A DNA stretch of 62,557 bases, the filler included, from Sphingomonadaceae bacterium (lineage in GTDB: Bacteria; Chloroflexota; UBA6077), in assembly GCA_050261575.1 (NCBI GenBank). It is 3 parts of 3 records of this genome, joined end to end, with 100 filler letters (N's around TTAATTAATTAA, not from the genome) between each part and the next. Parts side by side here need not be neighbours in the genome. Positions count along the whole stretch, not along the records: positions 50,444 to 62,557 come from JBLNDL010000043.1; 2 more parts are not named here. One strand, written 5' to 3'. The first letter of the stretch is position 1. Each line of letters begins with the position of its first letter. This document shows, one piece after another, positions 50,802 to 60,875 of this stretch. Position numbers and translations under genes: made by a program. The notes under the pieces are model-generated. The model searched no databases and was not told the DNA's origin. It saw nothing but the letters and a program-made list of their open reading frames with translations.

Positions 50802-52349
50802 TCAACGGAGCTTGGTGACCCACACCTGGGGCAGATCCAGGTGGCTTAGCCGCTCCATGTACGGCTTCACGTCCGGATACAGCTCCTTGTAGATGGGGAA
50901 GAGCTGATCGTAGGCCGCGTGAGCCCGAGGGTCGGGCTCGAAGCGCTCCTTCGTGCGGACCATCCGCCGGATGGCCGTGGGGTAATCCGGATGAGCGCCC
51001 ACCGCCACGCCGGCCAGCATCGCCGCGCCCAGCACCTCCGTGTGCTCCCCCACGAGGTTCACCACCGGCTTGCCCAGCACGTCGGCGATGATCTGGTTCC
51101 ATACCTCGCTGGTCGCCGCGGCGCCGCCGATCCTGACCTCCTGGATACTGACCCCGCTCGCCTCCAGGATCTCCACCCCGTGGCGGATCGAGAAGGCCGC
51201 GCCCTCCAGGACCGAGCGAAGGAAGTCGTGGCGGTTGTGTCCCAACGTCACACCCAGGAAGACTCCACGCGCGTAGGGGTTCCAGATCGGGGTTCGCTCC
51301 CCCGACACGTAGGGGAGAAACACCAACCCCTTGCTGCCCGGCGGCGCCGAGGCGGCCTCGGCTGTCAGCAGGTCGTACACGTTTCTGCCCGTCAGGTCTG
51401 CCACCTGCCGCTCCATCTGCCCGAAGGCGTCCCGAACCCACCGCAGGGAGGAGCCGGCACCGTTCATCGCGCCGATGGCCAGCCAGCGGTTGGGCAGCAC
51501 GTGGGTGCAGTTCATGAACCGCCTGTCGAACCTCGGTTCGCCGAGCGGCGAGCAGACCCGGACGGCGGTGCCCATTATCACGAAGCAGTCTCCCGGCTCC
51601 ATCACGCCGGAGCCCAGGGAGGCGGCTATGGAGTCCATGCAGCCCGCCAATACCGGCGTTCCCACCTTGAGGCCCGTCAGGTCGGCCACCTCCGGAGTGA
51701 TGCCACCCGCCACCTCGTTGGGGGCGAGCGGCCTGGGAAGCTTCTCCTCGGGTATCCCCAGCTTCTCCAGGAAGGGCTCGTGCCACCGCTTCTCGACGAT
51801 GTCGAACAGCAGCGTCGTGCAGGCACGCGTGTGATCTATGGTGAACTCTCCGGTGAGCCGAGCGACCAGGTAGCCACCGGGCACCATCAGGCTGTGGGCT
51901 GCCTGGAAGACCTCCGGCCTGGAGTGCTTCAGCCACAGCATGGTGGGCAGGCTGTAGGCGCCGGGGGCCATCGGGTTGCCGGCCACCCGGAACACCTCCT
52001 CGGGGCCGAGGAGCCGGCCGGCACGCTCCACCTCGGGAAGGCAGCGTTGATCCCATAGCATGACGGCCGAAAGGAGTGGACGCGCCTGGCGGTCCACGGC
52101 GATCATGCCGTTGGTACAGCTCACGCCCACTGCCACGATCTCTTCGGGCCTCACACCCTGGATCGCATTGCGGATCGCCTTCACCGACTCCCGCCACCAC
52201 GCCTCGGCGTCGTGCTCTGCCTGGCCTGGCACGGTGCTGATCATCCTGTACTCGCCGTACCCGGAGCCAACTAGCTCCCCGTCCAGGGTGTAGACGCCGG
52301 CCTTGGCCCCAGTTCCCCCGATGTCTATTCCCAGCAGATAGCGCTTCAT
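50802..52349 (-). CDS. FGGY-family carbohydrate kinase (xylulokinase-like)
   Basis: YLLGIDIGGT..K, LWDQR, FLPY.SGER.P, EG.AF, GAAMLA. Confidence 0.92.
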   Translation of the reverse strand: MKRYLLGIDIGGTGAKAGVYTLDGELVGSGYGEYRMISTVPGQAEHDAEAWWRESVKAIRNAIQGVRPEEIVAVGVSCTNGMIAVDRQARPLLSAVMLWDQRCLPEVERAGRLLGPEEVFRVAGNPMAPGAYSLPTMLWLKHSRPEVFQAAHSLMVPGGYLVARLTGEFTIDHTRACTTLLFDIVEKRWHEPFLEKLGIPEEKLPRPLAPNEVAGGITPEVADLTGLKVGTPVLAGCMDSIAASLGSGVMEPGDCFVIMGTAVRVCSPLGEPRFDRRFMNCTHVLPNRWLAIGAMNGAGSSLRWVRDAFGQMERQVADLTGRNVYDLLTAEAASAPPGSKGLVFLPYVSGERTPIWNPYARGVFLGVTLGHNRHDFLRSVLEGAAFSIRHGVEILEASGVSIQEVRIGGAAATSEVWNQIIADVLGKPVVNLVGEHTEVLGAAMLAGVAVGAHPDYPTAIRRMVRTKERFEPDPRAHAAYDQLFPIYKELYPDVKPYMERLSHLDLPQVWVTKLR

Positions 52350-52443
52350 GCCGACAACTCCTGCGCCGTGGTGAACGTGTACTCTTTCCATGAGGCACCT
52401 GCTTAGCGTGAGGCGTGCACTCTATCTGGAGATACCTGCTTAG
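52345..52443. mobile_element. Composite/degenerate MITE copy filling the malY-kinase intergenic region
   Basis: CATGCCGAC..CTCC...GAACGTGTAC...GAGGCACCTGCTTAG, then CTCTATCTGGAGATACCTGCTTAG. Confidence 0.6.
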
Positions 52444-53621
52444 CGCAGGCGCTCCAGCACCGCCTTCATTCGCCGCAACGCCTCCTCCAGAACCGATCGG
52501 GAGCAGCCGAAGTTGAGCCGAACGAAGCCCTCCCCCGCCCTGCCGAAGGCGCTGCCCTCCGAAAGGGCCACCCGCGCCTCGCGCAGGAAGAACTCGCCAG
52601 GAGGCCCCTCGATCCCCGCCTCGCGGCAATCCAACCAGGCCAGGTAGGTCCCCTCGGGCTCGAACAGCCTCACCCCGGGCATCCCCTCCCGAACGAAGCC
52701 GGTGAGGAAGTCGCGGTTGCCCCAGAGGTAAACCAACACCTGCTCCAGCCATTCGCCTCCATGCTGTAACGCTGTGAGCCCTGCCACGAAATCGAACAGC
52801 CCCGGTCGGCTCGCCAGCATCCCCGCGGCCGTCGCCCTCAGCCTGTCCATCAGGTCGGGGTTGCTGCTTAGGGCGATCGCGAAGTGGAAACCGGCGATGT
52901 TGAAGGTCTTGCTGGGGGAGATCAGGGTCACCGTGCGCGCGGCCACCTCGGGCCCCAGGGTGGCGATGGGGATGTGAGAGTGGCCCGGGTAGACGAAGTC
53001 CTGGTGGATCTCGTCGGCGCAGATGACCAGGTCGTGGCGAAGGCAAATCTCCGCCACCCGCTCCAACTCGTGCCTCGTGTACACCCGCCCGACAGGATTG
53101 TGGGGGTTGCACAGCAGGAACACCCGAGTGCGAGGGGTGATAGCGCGCTCGAGCGCATCGAAATCGATCTCGTACCCCGTATCGGTGCGAGCCAACGGGG
53201 CCTCCTGGACGGTCAAGCCGACGTTCTTCGCGACGGCGAAGAAGGGTGGGTAGACCGGGGGCTGGATCAGGTAGCCGCCGCCGGGCTCGCCGAACGCCTT
53301 GGGGATCAGGTTGAAGCCCACCATGACGCCCGGCAGGAAGAGGAACTGCTCGGGGTCCACGTGCCAGCCGTACAGCCTCTCAAGCCGCTCCTGCACCACG
53401 CCTCGCAACTCGGGGGGCTCGACACCGTAGCCAAACACCCCGTGGTCGACGCGCCGCCGGAGCGCCTGGATCACGGGCTCGGGTGAGGGGAAGTCCATGT
53501 CGGCCACCCACAGGGGCAGGACGTCCTCGCCGTACTTCGTCCATTTCATGCTGTCGGTGCCCCTGCGATCGATCACTCGATCGAAATCGTAGTACACGCC
53601 GTTGACCTCGACACCATCCAT
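52440..53621 (-). CDS. MalY/PatB-family PLP-dependent C-S lyase
   Basis: FD...DR.GT.S.KW, PLWVADMDF, LCNPHNPVGR, DEIH.D, SPSKTFNIAG, RLNFGC. Confidence 0.94.
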   Translation of the reverse strand: MDGVEVNGVYYDFDRVIDRRGTDSMKWTKYGEDVLPLWVADMDFPSPEPVIQALRRRVDHGVFGYGVEPPELRGVVQERLERLYGWHVDPEQFLFLPGVMVGFNLIPKAFGEPGGGYLIQPPVYPPFFAVAKNVGLTVQEAPLARTDTGYEIDFDALERAITPRTRVFLLCNPHNPVGRVYTRHELERVAEICLRHDLVICADEIHQDFVYPGHSHIPIATLGPEVAARTVTLISPSKTFNIAGFHFAIALSSNPDLMDRLRATAAGMLASRPGLFDFVAGLTALQHGGEWLEQVLVYLWGNRDFLTGFVREGMPGVRLFEPEGTYLAWLDCREAGIEGPPGEFFLREARVALSEGSAFGRAGEGFVRLNFGCSRSVLEEALRRMKAVLERLR

Positions 53622-53944
53622 AGTCCTCAGCAGACCTCACTTCCTGGGGAGCACTTGCACAGGTGCCGTCAGTGTACTTCGATAGGCTGTCCAAAGCCAA
53701 CAGAGGACCCGGCGACGTCGAACTCCGGATTCCCGGTCGATCTCCAGATCGGCGGTCAGGGTGGCGTCCGGCAGGAGCGTCCTGTGGTCGCGCTGATGCG
53801 GATACGGGTCGTGGAGAGGTAGGAGGCGCCCCCCTCAGCCGTCGGCGGGGATTCGAGCACCTCCAGACCGCGTTCCAGCAGCCAGTGCCTCCTCCCGTCG
53901 AGCCCACCTCGACGAGTTCGTGCTCCAAGAGAGCAGCGGGTCGA

Positions 53945-54640
53945 CTACGCTCCCCCTCTGGGCGAGAACAGGATCCGAACCGTCATGCCGGGGCGAAGGC
54001 CTGGATCATCGCTAAGCAACCGGATGACCACAGGATAATGCACCGCTCCACCGGGTGAGGTCCGCTGCACGAGTGCCACAGTGTCGACGACTCCATCCAG
54101 GCTCCGACCGTCCAGCGCGTCCACGGTCATCGTCACCGGTTGATTCGGCTCGATCTGGCCGATCAGGTACTCGTCCACGTCGTTCGTCTCCACCTGGTAG
54201 TGGCTCAGGTCCCCCAGCGCAGCCACGGGGGCCCCTGGCATGAGCGTGTCGCCGAGGCGGGCATCGAGCCCCAAGACGGTGCCTCTCCAGGGCGCCACCA
54301 GCACCTCCATCCCGGACGGCGAAGCCAGCGTGGCCACCGCCTGGCCGGCCTCTACAGTCTCGCCCACCTTGACCCTCAGGGCTCGCACCACACCCCCGTT
54401 CATCGTGGCGATCGTCGCCTTCGCCACTGGCTCGACGGTACCGCGAGCCAGCAGCGCCGGGGTGGCGGGCGGCGCGACCGGTTCCGGCGCGGACATGTTC
54501 GACCTCACCGCTGCCAGGCCCGCCACGACGACGGCCACCGCGAGGACCCCGAACAGCAGCGTACGCCGTGAGAGGGAGTGTCTCCGCTGGGGGACTGCAT
54601 CGCGGGATTGCGGTTTGGGTCGAGTCTCAGGCGCAGTCAT
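53945..54640 (-). CDS. HlyD/MacA-like adaptor subunit (short)
   Basis: N-terminal TM, G.V..L.V..GE.V.AGQ lipoyl-like half, AP..G.V, LRPGMT. Confidence 0.85.
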   Translation of the reverse strand: MTAPETRPKPQSRDAVPQRRHSLSRRTLLFGVLAVAVVVAGLAAVRSNMSAPEPVAPPATPALLARGTVEPVAKATIATMNGGVVRALRVKVGETVEAGQAVATLASPSGMEVLVAPWRGTVLGLDARLGDTLMPGAPVAALGDLSHYQVETNDVDEYLIGQIEPNQPVTMTVDALDGRSLDGVVDTVALVQRTSPGGAVHYPVVIRLLSDDPGLRPGMTVRILFSPRGGA

Positions 54641-54655
54641 ATCGGCGAACCTCCA

Positions 54656-55327
54656 TCACGTCCTCCGCTCGGAGACGAGTCCGTCCCGGATCTCGATTCG
54701 GCGTCGTGCCGCCGCCGCCACCTCCTGGTCGTGGGTAACCACCACGACCGTCCTACCCTGGGCGTTCAGTCGACGGAACAGGTCGATGATCGCGGCCTTA
54801 TCCTCGCTGTGAAGCTCCCCGGTTGGCTCGTCGGCCAGGATCAGCCTGGGGTCGTTCGCCAGGGCCCGAGCGACCGCCACTCGCTGGCGCTGGCCCCCCG
54901 AGAGCTGTGCGGGCATGAACATCATCCTGTGCGAGAGCCCGACCTGGTGCAGCAGGTGCGCGGCGCGCCGGTAGCGCTCGCTGCTCCCCACGCCAGCCGC
55001 CTCCATCGGCACCGCCACGTTCTCCAGCGCGGTCATGTCGCTCAACAGGTGGAACCTTTGGAAGATGAAGCCGATCGTGACCAGGCGGAGCCTGGCACGC
55101 TGCTCGTCGTCGAAACCGGCCAAGTCCTGCCCATCCAGGCTCACGCTGCCGCCTGTCGGCCGGTCCAGCAGGCCGATGATCTGCAACAGGGTGCTCTTGC
55201 CAGACCCCGACGGGCCGACGATAGCGACGAAGTCCCCTCCGTCGATGTGCAGGGTCGCCTCACGCAGAGCCCAGACTTCGGAGTCACCCACCACGTACTT
55301 GCGGGAGACCGAGCGCAGATCCAGCAT
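54656..55327 (-). CDS. MacB/LolD-type ABC ATPase
   Basis: [38 protein letters not shown]. Confidence 0.94.
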   Translation of the reverse strand: MLDLRSVSRKYVVGDSEVWALREATLHIDGGDFVAIVGPSGSGKSTLLQIIGLLDRPTGGSVSLDGQDLAGFDDEQRARLRLVTIGFIFQRFHLLSDMTALENVAVPMEAAGVGSSERYRRAAHLLHQVGLSHRMMFMPAQLSGGQRQRVAVARALANDPRLILADEPTGELHSEDKAAIIDLFRRLNAQGRTVVVVTHDQEVAAAARRRIEIRDGLVSERRT

Positions 55328-55329
55328 CC

Positions 55330-56595
55330 TCACACCTCCCTCAGCACCTCCAGCGGGTCGACTTTCGTCGCGGCTCGCGCGGGGAAGTAGCCGGCGATCA
55401 GCCCCACCGCGATCGACACCACCAGGATGGCCGAGTAGGCCGGCAGGTCCAGCCCGTACAGGCGGGGGTAGCCGAAAACGGGCGCGAGCCATACGTTCGC
55501 CGCCGTTCCCATGGCGATGGAGAACACGACCCCGAAGGCGTACGAGGCCAGGATGACGAGCAGCGCCTCCGCACCCACGCTGAGCAAGATCGTCCGGCCG
55601 GGCACCCCGATCGCCCGCAGGGTCCCGAACTCCATCCGGCGCGCGGCGACCGACCGGCTCAGCATGTTGCTGACGAACATCCCGGCGACGAACAGGATGA
55701 TCAGGTCGATCAGCCAGTAGGTGGAGATGGCCGACGAGTAGTCCGGGGAGGACTGGATATCCCTGGTCAGATCGCCCGGGCTCACCGCATAGAGGGAGGC
55801 AAAGCCCCCTATCACGTTGTGCACCAACTGGGGGGCGTCGGTCTGGACGGCTATGTAATTCACGACGTCGCCGATGACCCCTCGCTGCCGCAAGGTGCGG
55901 GCATCCAGATAGGCGACGGAGCCGCCCGACGGTCCGAACCCTCTCATCCGGCCGATTCCGACGATCTCGTACGTCAGGCCGTTCAAGCGCAGGGAGTCCC
56001 CGACCTTGAGCGACTTGGAGGAGCTAAGGTTCGGGCCCAGCACCACCTCGTTGCCTCTGCGCAGCCACCGTCCCTCGCTCATCACTACGTGGTTCGCGAT
56101 CTCCGTGGGGTCGCCGTCCACTGCCATGGCTGGGACGAGCTGGGCCGGTTGGCTCCGTGCCTCGCGCCCCTCGCGCTCCTGGTTCAGCGGCCAGTTCAGC
56201 ACGCCGACCGCAGCGCGGGTGCCAGGAAGGCTCCGGATTTTCGAAAGGACGGCCGTGGCCCCGTTGATGGTGCCCGGGTTCTCCGTCCCCTTCAGCACCA
56301 CCAACTCACCGCCGTTTACCGCCACGTACAGATTCGCGCCCGATTCGCCGAAATCGCCCATGATCATGCCCATCGACGTTCCGATCATGCCCATCATGGT
56401 CAGGACCATGCCGAGTGCCAGACCTACGCCGATCACCATGCCCAGCATCCCTCGACGACGGCGCACGGCGGCACGGACCGGGAACGGATACGAGAGCAGC
56501 CGCGGCCACTCGGGCATGCTCGCCGCCCCACGTTCCTCCGAGGAAGGGGATCCCGAGCCATCCCTCCCATCCCGGCCCGTCTCCGTCGAAGCCAT
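55330..56595 (-). CDS. MacB/FtsX-type ABC permease
   Basis: TM1, large extracellular domain, R..EFG.LRAIG, C-terminal PARAA.KVDP.E.LR; GAGGAG RBS before ATG 56595. Confidence 0.88.
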   Translation of the reverse strand: MASTETGRDGRDGSGSPSSEERGAASMPEWPRLLSYPFPVRAAVRRRRGMLGMVIGVGLALGMVLTMMGMIGTSMGMIMGDFGESGANLYVAVNGGELVVLKGTENPGTINGATAVLSKIRSLPGTRAAVGVLNWPLNQEREGREARSQPAQLVPAMAVDGDPTEIANHVVMSEGRWLRRGNEVVLGPNLSSSKSLKVGDSLRLNGLTYEIVGIGRMRGFGPSGGSVAYLDARTLRQRGVIGDVVNYIAVQTDAPQLVHNVIGGFASLYAVSPGDLTRDIQSSPDYSSAISTYWLIDLIILFVAGMFVSNMLSRSVAARRMEFGTLRAIGVPGRTILLSVGAEALLVILASYAFGVVFSIAMGTAANVWLAPVFGYPRLYGLDLPAYSAILVVSIAVGLIAGYFPARAATKVDPLEVLREV

Positions 56596-56665
56596 CAGGT
56601 GCGACTCCTCCGGCCGGCCAGTGCGATACTCCACCGGACCCTCCGTCTCAGGCTCCACCGTTGTC

Positions 56666-57385
56666 TCACCGTGTCCCTGTCTTCGTGCCTGTACCCACGT
56701 CTTTGGCCAGGACGAACCATTCTCCGAGCGTCTCGGCATCCACCAACTGCACCACCCCGGTGGGAGCCCCCAGCACACGCTCCAACGCCTCGTTGTACGC
56801 GGCGACGCTGCTCTCGATCCGCTCGATGCCACCACGGTGGGCCTCGGGCGAGAGGAGCACCATCGCGAAGCTCTCCCCGAGCCCCAGCAGGATGGCCAGC
56901 ACCACTCCGCCGGTGTGCTCGGGGTGCGAGACGGCCAGGGCCCCTTCTCGGACCCCCTGACGGATGATAGCGGTGAGCAGGGGCGTTATCAGTTTGTACG
57001 CGGCCGCGCTCACCTTCTGGCGGACGATGGCGTTCTCGTCCGCATACCAGACCCGCAGCAGCGCCAGCAGGGAGTCCTTTCTCTCGGTCTTCCAGCGCCC
57101 GAGGGTGGCACAGAAACGCTGCAGCTTCTCCAGCGCGGGCAGGCAAGGGTCGTCCACGATTGGGCGGACTACCCGCTCCATCTCCAGCAGCATCCGCTCG
57201 ATCAGCGCCTCCAGCAAGGCCGGTTTCGAGTCGAAGTAGTGGAAGAAGGTCCCCTTGGCGATCTGGAGGGAGTCGAGGATGTCCTGGATGGTCATCTGCT
57301 CGTAGCCCTTGGTGTACACGAGCCGCTGAGCAACGTCGAGTATCTCGTTTCTCCGGACGGAGTGCGCTTTGACCACCCGAACCAT
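56666..57385 (-). CDS. TetR/AcrR family regulator
   Basis: RR.EILDVA..L...KGYE.MTIQDI....IAKGTFFHYF.SK. Confidence 0.94.
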   Translation of the reverse strand: MVRVVKAHSVRRNEILDVAQRLVYTKGYEQMTIQDILDSLQIAKGTFFHYFDSKPALLEALIERMLLEMERVVRPIVDDPCLPALEKLQRFCATLGRWKTERKDSLLALLRVWYADENAIVRQKVSAAAYKLITPLLTAIIRQGVREGALAVSHPEHTGGVVLAILLGLGESFAMVLLSPEAHRGGIERIESSVAAYNEALERVLGAPTGVVQLVDAETLGEWFVLAKDVGTGTKTGTR

Positions 57386-57404
57386 GCCCAACCCTCCGAG
57401 CATC

Positions 57405-57462
57405 GACCGACCGTCGGTCAACCCTGCGCGCAGAGTATGCCCGTGCCAGCGCTGGCTGTCAA
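57405..57462 (-). promoter_or_regulatory. Promoter and TetR operator
   Basis: TTGACA-17bp-CATACT (minus); palindrome GACCGAC-C-GTCGGTC at 57405-57419. Confidence 0.75.
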
Positions 57463-57479
57463 CCGGCGGAATCGAAGCG

Positions 57480-58290
57480 GTAGCGTAACGTAAGTTGTGT
57501 ACTTTCCTGGGGAAGGGTAAGCGCGTATCCTCCAGCAGGTTCGCCAAAACCAGAAAGGAGAATTCGCCCATGGCCAAGGTAGTTGCCCTGACCGAGAGGA
57601 CTATCGCCCAGCGCTTTGCCGAGGCCAAGGACGAGGAGACGATCTAGGGAGATATCGGCGAAGAGACCAGGCTGCTGGCCAAGAGGATCCTCGAGGAAGG
57701 TCTGGAGGAGGAGCTGTCGATGAGGCTGGGGGCAGCCCCGTATAGCCGCAAAGAGAGCCGGCGAGGGTACCGCAAGGGGGGATAAACCAGGAGCCTCTCC
57801 ACCCGCTGGGGTCTCCTGGACGTCTTCATGCCGAGGGCCAGGACTCGCCAGGCCCCCTCGGAGGTGCTCGGGCGCTTCGCTCGTCGGGAGCCCGAGGTGG
57901 AGGGCCTCATCCGCGAGGCCTTCCTGCGGGGCATCTCAACCAGGGAGGTGGGGGAGGTCCTGGAGTCGATCCTGGGTTGCCGGCCGAGCGCCCAGACGGT
58001 CTCCCGCATAACCAGGAGCCTGGACGGAGAGATGAGGCGCTTCCACTGGAGGGGGCTATCAGACGATGTGCGCTACCTCCTCCTAGACGGCGTGACCATG
58101 ACCGTCAAGCGCCCTGGGGGAGTAGGCAAGAAGCTGCTTCTGGTGGCCTACGGGATCAGGCCCGACGGCACACGGACCTTGCTCGACTTCAGACTCGCCC
58201 TGGCCGAGAGCGCTCCCGCCTGGGAGGCTTTCCTTGAAGGCCTGTTCCGCAGGCGCCTTGAGGGCAGGAACCTCTCCCTCATCGTCACCG
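57480..58290 (+). pseudogene. IS256-family element remnant: left end plus truncated transposase with two nonsense codons
   Basis: End-like GTAGCGTAACGTAAGTTGTGTAC; ATG 57570; in-frame stops TAG 57645 and TAA 57783; motifs RGYR.G..R.L.T..G...MPR.R, GISTR, YLLLDG, ES...W; breaks at LIVT before the expected DG. Confidence 0.85.
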
Positions 58291-58530
58291 TGGTGAAGCG
58301 TCCAATGTGGCCCCGCGAAGATCAACCCAGAGTCCTGTGCTATCCATCTCACCTGCCGTCCCGAATGTTCAGAGGTAGGGAGTCGACGATGCCGGCAAGT
58401 TCGCACAGTAGTAGTCGGAGTGGGACTGACGTGGACTCGTTTTCGAACTGGCCCCTCGGCGCTCCATCCTGGAGGTGTCCCGAGAGGGTGGTTCGTGGCT
58501 CGAGCCCCGGAACTAAACTGAAGCCAAGGT
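58291..58530. mobile_element. Foreign non-coding segment interrupting the IS256 transposase; possibly an IS110-family non-coding end
   Basis: Abrupt loss of transposase similarity; motifs GTGAAGCGTCCAA, AACCCAGAGT, GTAGTCGGAG, ACTCGTT.TCGAA.CTGGC, GGAGGTGTCCCG resemble IS110-type ends from memory only (not searched). Confidence 0.35.
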
Positions 58531-58571
58531 GAGACCCTCGGTGGGAACGCGCCGAGCGGGAAGAAGATCAT

Positions 58572-58643
58572 CGTCATGCCGGCGAAAGCTGGCATCCACT
58601 GGCCGGACGGGGAGCCTGGATTCCCGCTTCCGCAGGAATGACG
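58572..58643. repeat. Paired palindromic element (GTCAT.CC.GCG..AGC.GG.ATCCA ... TGGATTCCCGC...GGAATGAC type)
   Basis: CGTCATGCCGGCGAAAGCTGGCATCCA and TGGATTCCCGCTTCCGCAGGAATGACG in inverted orientation. Confidence 0.7.
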
Positions 58644-58804
58644 GCCTCCAGCAAGCCTGCATACTTCACATGGGAAAGCATGTGGATTCCCCCTCGGCTT
58701 TGCTTTAGTCCACCTGTCCACTGGAGTCCAGGGGGCTACGAGGAGTATCGTAGGTAGGGCAGGCGTGGCGCTGCGCACCTCGCGTTGCGAGCCGCGGCCC
58801 CGCG

Positions 58805-59938
58805 TCAGCGGATCGCGTGCCGGCGCACCTGGGCCACCGCTTCGGGCTTCCGTGGCGGCTCACGCCATACGGGGTCCCGCAGGATGAACAGCACGATCAC
58901 CGCCATGGTGGCGATGCCGTACAACCCGCCTCCAAAGGAGAACACGGGGTCGTTGGGGGTGTAGACCAGCATCACGAGGGTGCTGTACACCTGGTTGTTC
59001 AGCGCGTGGAGGTATGCAGCCAGCCAGACGCTGCCGGTTTTCAGCACGGCATAGCCCAGGACGAACGCGAGCATCACCGTGTAGAGGGTCATCACGAAGA
59101 TGCCGGCTACCGGATAGCCCGGGTAGTTGTAGCCCATGGCGATGACCGGCGCGTGCCACAGCCCCCAGACGACGCCGATCAGGAGGATGCCCTTGACGTT
59201 GCCCAGCTTGGTCAGCTCTCCCTGGAGGTAGCCCCGCCACCCGTACTCCTCCCCGAAGGCGATCGGCAGGCCGAGGAAAGGGCCGAGCAGCACCGCCTGT
59301 ATCGTTGCAGCCACCAGGAAGGCGTCGGGCGGCATCATCGCCTGGCGCGCGATGGGCGCTAGATCGACGGCGCGCCCCAGGCCAAACAGGTAGTTGAGCA
59401 AGGTCTGGCTGCAGTAGAAGAGCACGAAGCCGAGGCCGAACAGCAGCCAGTAGCGGGGCCTCGCCCCCACGACGCCGATGGGGGCGAGCGCACTCCGACC
59501 CCAGAAAGCCCGAAGCAGGACCACGAGCAGCAGGCCGAGGAAGGTCAGCGCCAGACCGACCAGGCTGAGGATCTGCAGCCGCTCGGGCCAGATCGCGGAA
59601 CCCGCCACCAGGGCCACGTACACCAGCGTATAGGCCAGGTAGTAGAAGACGAAGACGCGGGACGGCCCTTGCAGGCTCAACGGGTTGGTGCGTCCATTCT
59701 GGAAGGCGAAGAGCCCCAGCACCATGGCGCTGAAGGCGGGCAGCAGCATCTGGAGTTGGAGCAGGAGGCCCATGGAGGGGGTGCCGAAGCCCGCTACACG
59801 CCACAGGAACAGGTTCAGCAGGTAGGTCAGCGCGAAGGTGAGCCCGAGGAATTGGGCAACCTGCGTCCAGTTGACTCGCGCTTCTGTCTCGGAAGTCTGA
59901 TCAGCCACTTCGTGCCTCTTTCTCTGCGCGTTTTCCAT
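58805..59938 (-). CDS. CPBP (CAAX/Abi) intramembrane metalloprotease
   Basis: GEEYGWRG, WGLWH, HALNN motifs; multi-TM. Confidence 0.92.
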   Translation of the reverse strand: MENAQRKRHEVADQTSETEARVNWTQVAQFLGLTFALTYLLNLFLWRVAGFGTPSMGLLLQLQMLLPAFSAMVLGLFAFQNGRTNPLSLQGPSRVFVFYYLAYTLVYVALVAGSAIWPERLQILSLVGLALTFLGLLLVVLLRAFWGRSALAPIGVVGARPRYWLLFGLGFVLFYCSQTLLNYLFGLGRAVDLAPIARQAMMPPDAFLVAATIQAVLLGPFLGLPIAFGEEYGWRGYLQGELTKLGNVKGILLIGVVWGLWHAPVIAMGYNYPGYPVAGIFVMTLYTVMLAFVLGYAVLKTGSVWLAAYLHALNNQVYSTLVMLVYTPNDPVFSFGGGLYGIATMAVIVLFILRDPVWREPPRKPEAVAQVRRHAIR

Positions 59939-60112
59939 GCCGGTTCGTCCTCGACCCTCGGCACGGGCAGGTTCTGTTGACGCTCCTGGCGTGAGGCGGG
60001 CATAGCGCGAGCGAGCACAACGTCACGCCTGCCCCACACCATCGATGCCGAGCCGAGGATCGAGTGAGCGAACAGGGCGTTCCGTCCCTGCACCCGGGCC
60101 GGCGCGGCACAC

Positions 60113-60201
60113 CTAAGCAGGTATCTCTAGGCTGGCGTACACGTTCCCCGCCGGAGAAGTCGACATGGACTGGAGATACCCGCTCGGAGACGCCTGCTCA
60201 G
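60113..60201. mobile_element. ~72-bp MITE, copy B (inverted) plus an extra half-site overlapping the sdpI stop
   Basis: CTAAGCAGGTATCTCTAG...GGAGAAGTCGACATGGACTGGAGATACCCGCTCGG AGACGCCTGCTCAG. Confidence 0.7.
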
Positions 60202-60875
60202 CCCCGCGCCGCGCCGAAGGGTGACCGCCGGTCCGGATCGTCCCGCCACACCAGATACGAGTAGACGATGATCCACACCACGCCAGCCACGACGAGCACG
60301 GTCACCAAGCCGAAGACCAGGGGCGACCGCAGCAGAGCGGCCAGCATCAGCGCCAGACCCATCGCTATGAGGATCCACCCGCCCAGTCGATGGGTCTTGT
60401 TCCAGGACCTCCGGCTGGAGAGGGTCCAAGGGGTCCTGATCCCCACGAACCAGTTCTGTCGGATCTTCCCCATGTAGTTGCCCAACACCACGAGCAAGCC
60501 ACCGATCAGGAGGAACAGGATCAGCGTAGTGTCGACGGGCGCTCCGTAGCCTGCCAAGAGGGTAACCCCGTACATCAGAGCCGCGCCCACCGTGATCGCC
60601 AGCCTTATCACGGAGTAGGCGCCGGCAAAGCGCGGATAGTTCTCCCGGTGGGGGTCCACCCTGGGCACCAGCAGCAACAGGAGGTACAACGCGAGGGTCC
60701 CGAGGGGGAAGCCCAGCAGCACCTCCGCCTTGCCGCCGTAGCGATCCACCTGCCCTGCCCAGTTCCAATGGACCGGATAGCTATCCGGGGCAGTTGGCCA
60801 GACGGCCGCCGCCAGCAGGATCATTCCAGCGATGATGATCCAGTGTGGCCACTCGCTCCTCCACGATACCCTCAT
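60198..60875 (-). CDS. sdpI: SdpI-family immunity membrane protein (DUF1648 + SdpI)
   Basis: PVHWN..G.VD.YG.K, GNYMGK...NWFVGIRTPWTLSS...W.KTHRLGG. Confidence 0.9.
   Translation of the reverse strand: MRVSWRSEWPHWIIIAGMILLAAAVWPTAPDSYPVHWNWAGQVDRYGGKAEVLLGFPLGTLALYLLLLLVPRVDPHRENYPRFAGAYSVIRLAITVGAALMYGVTLLAGYGAPVDTTLILFLLIGGLLVVLGNYMGKIRQNWFVGIRTPWTLSSRRSWNKTHRLGGWILIAMGLALMLAALLRSPLVFGLVTVLVVAGVVWIIVYSYLVWRDDPDRRSPFGAARG

Noticed and set aside
50755..53112. 785-aa minus-strand ORF spanning malY and the kinase
   Set aside because: Alternative frame with Arg/Gly/Pro-rich junk composition overlapping two clear genes
53622..53944. SAM-I (S-box) riboswitch upstream of malY/patB
   Set aside because: Conserved ATC..GAG / GCAACC / GTGC core not found
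57828..58532. 234-aa ORF as an intact transposase
   Set aside because: Internal fragment of the IS256 pseudogene reading into foreign DNA; upstream stops and missing catalytic C-terminus
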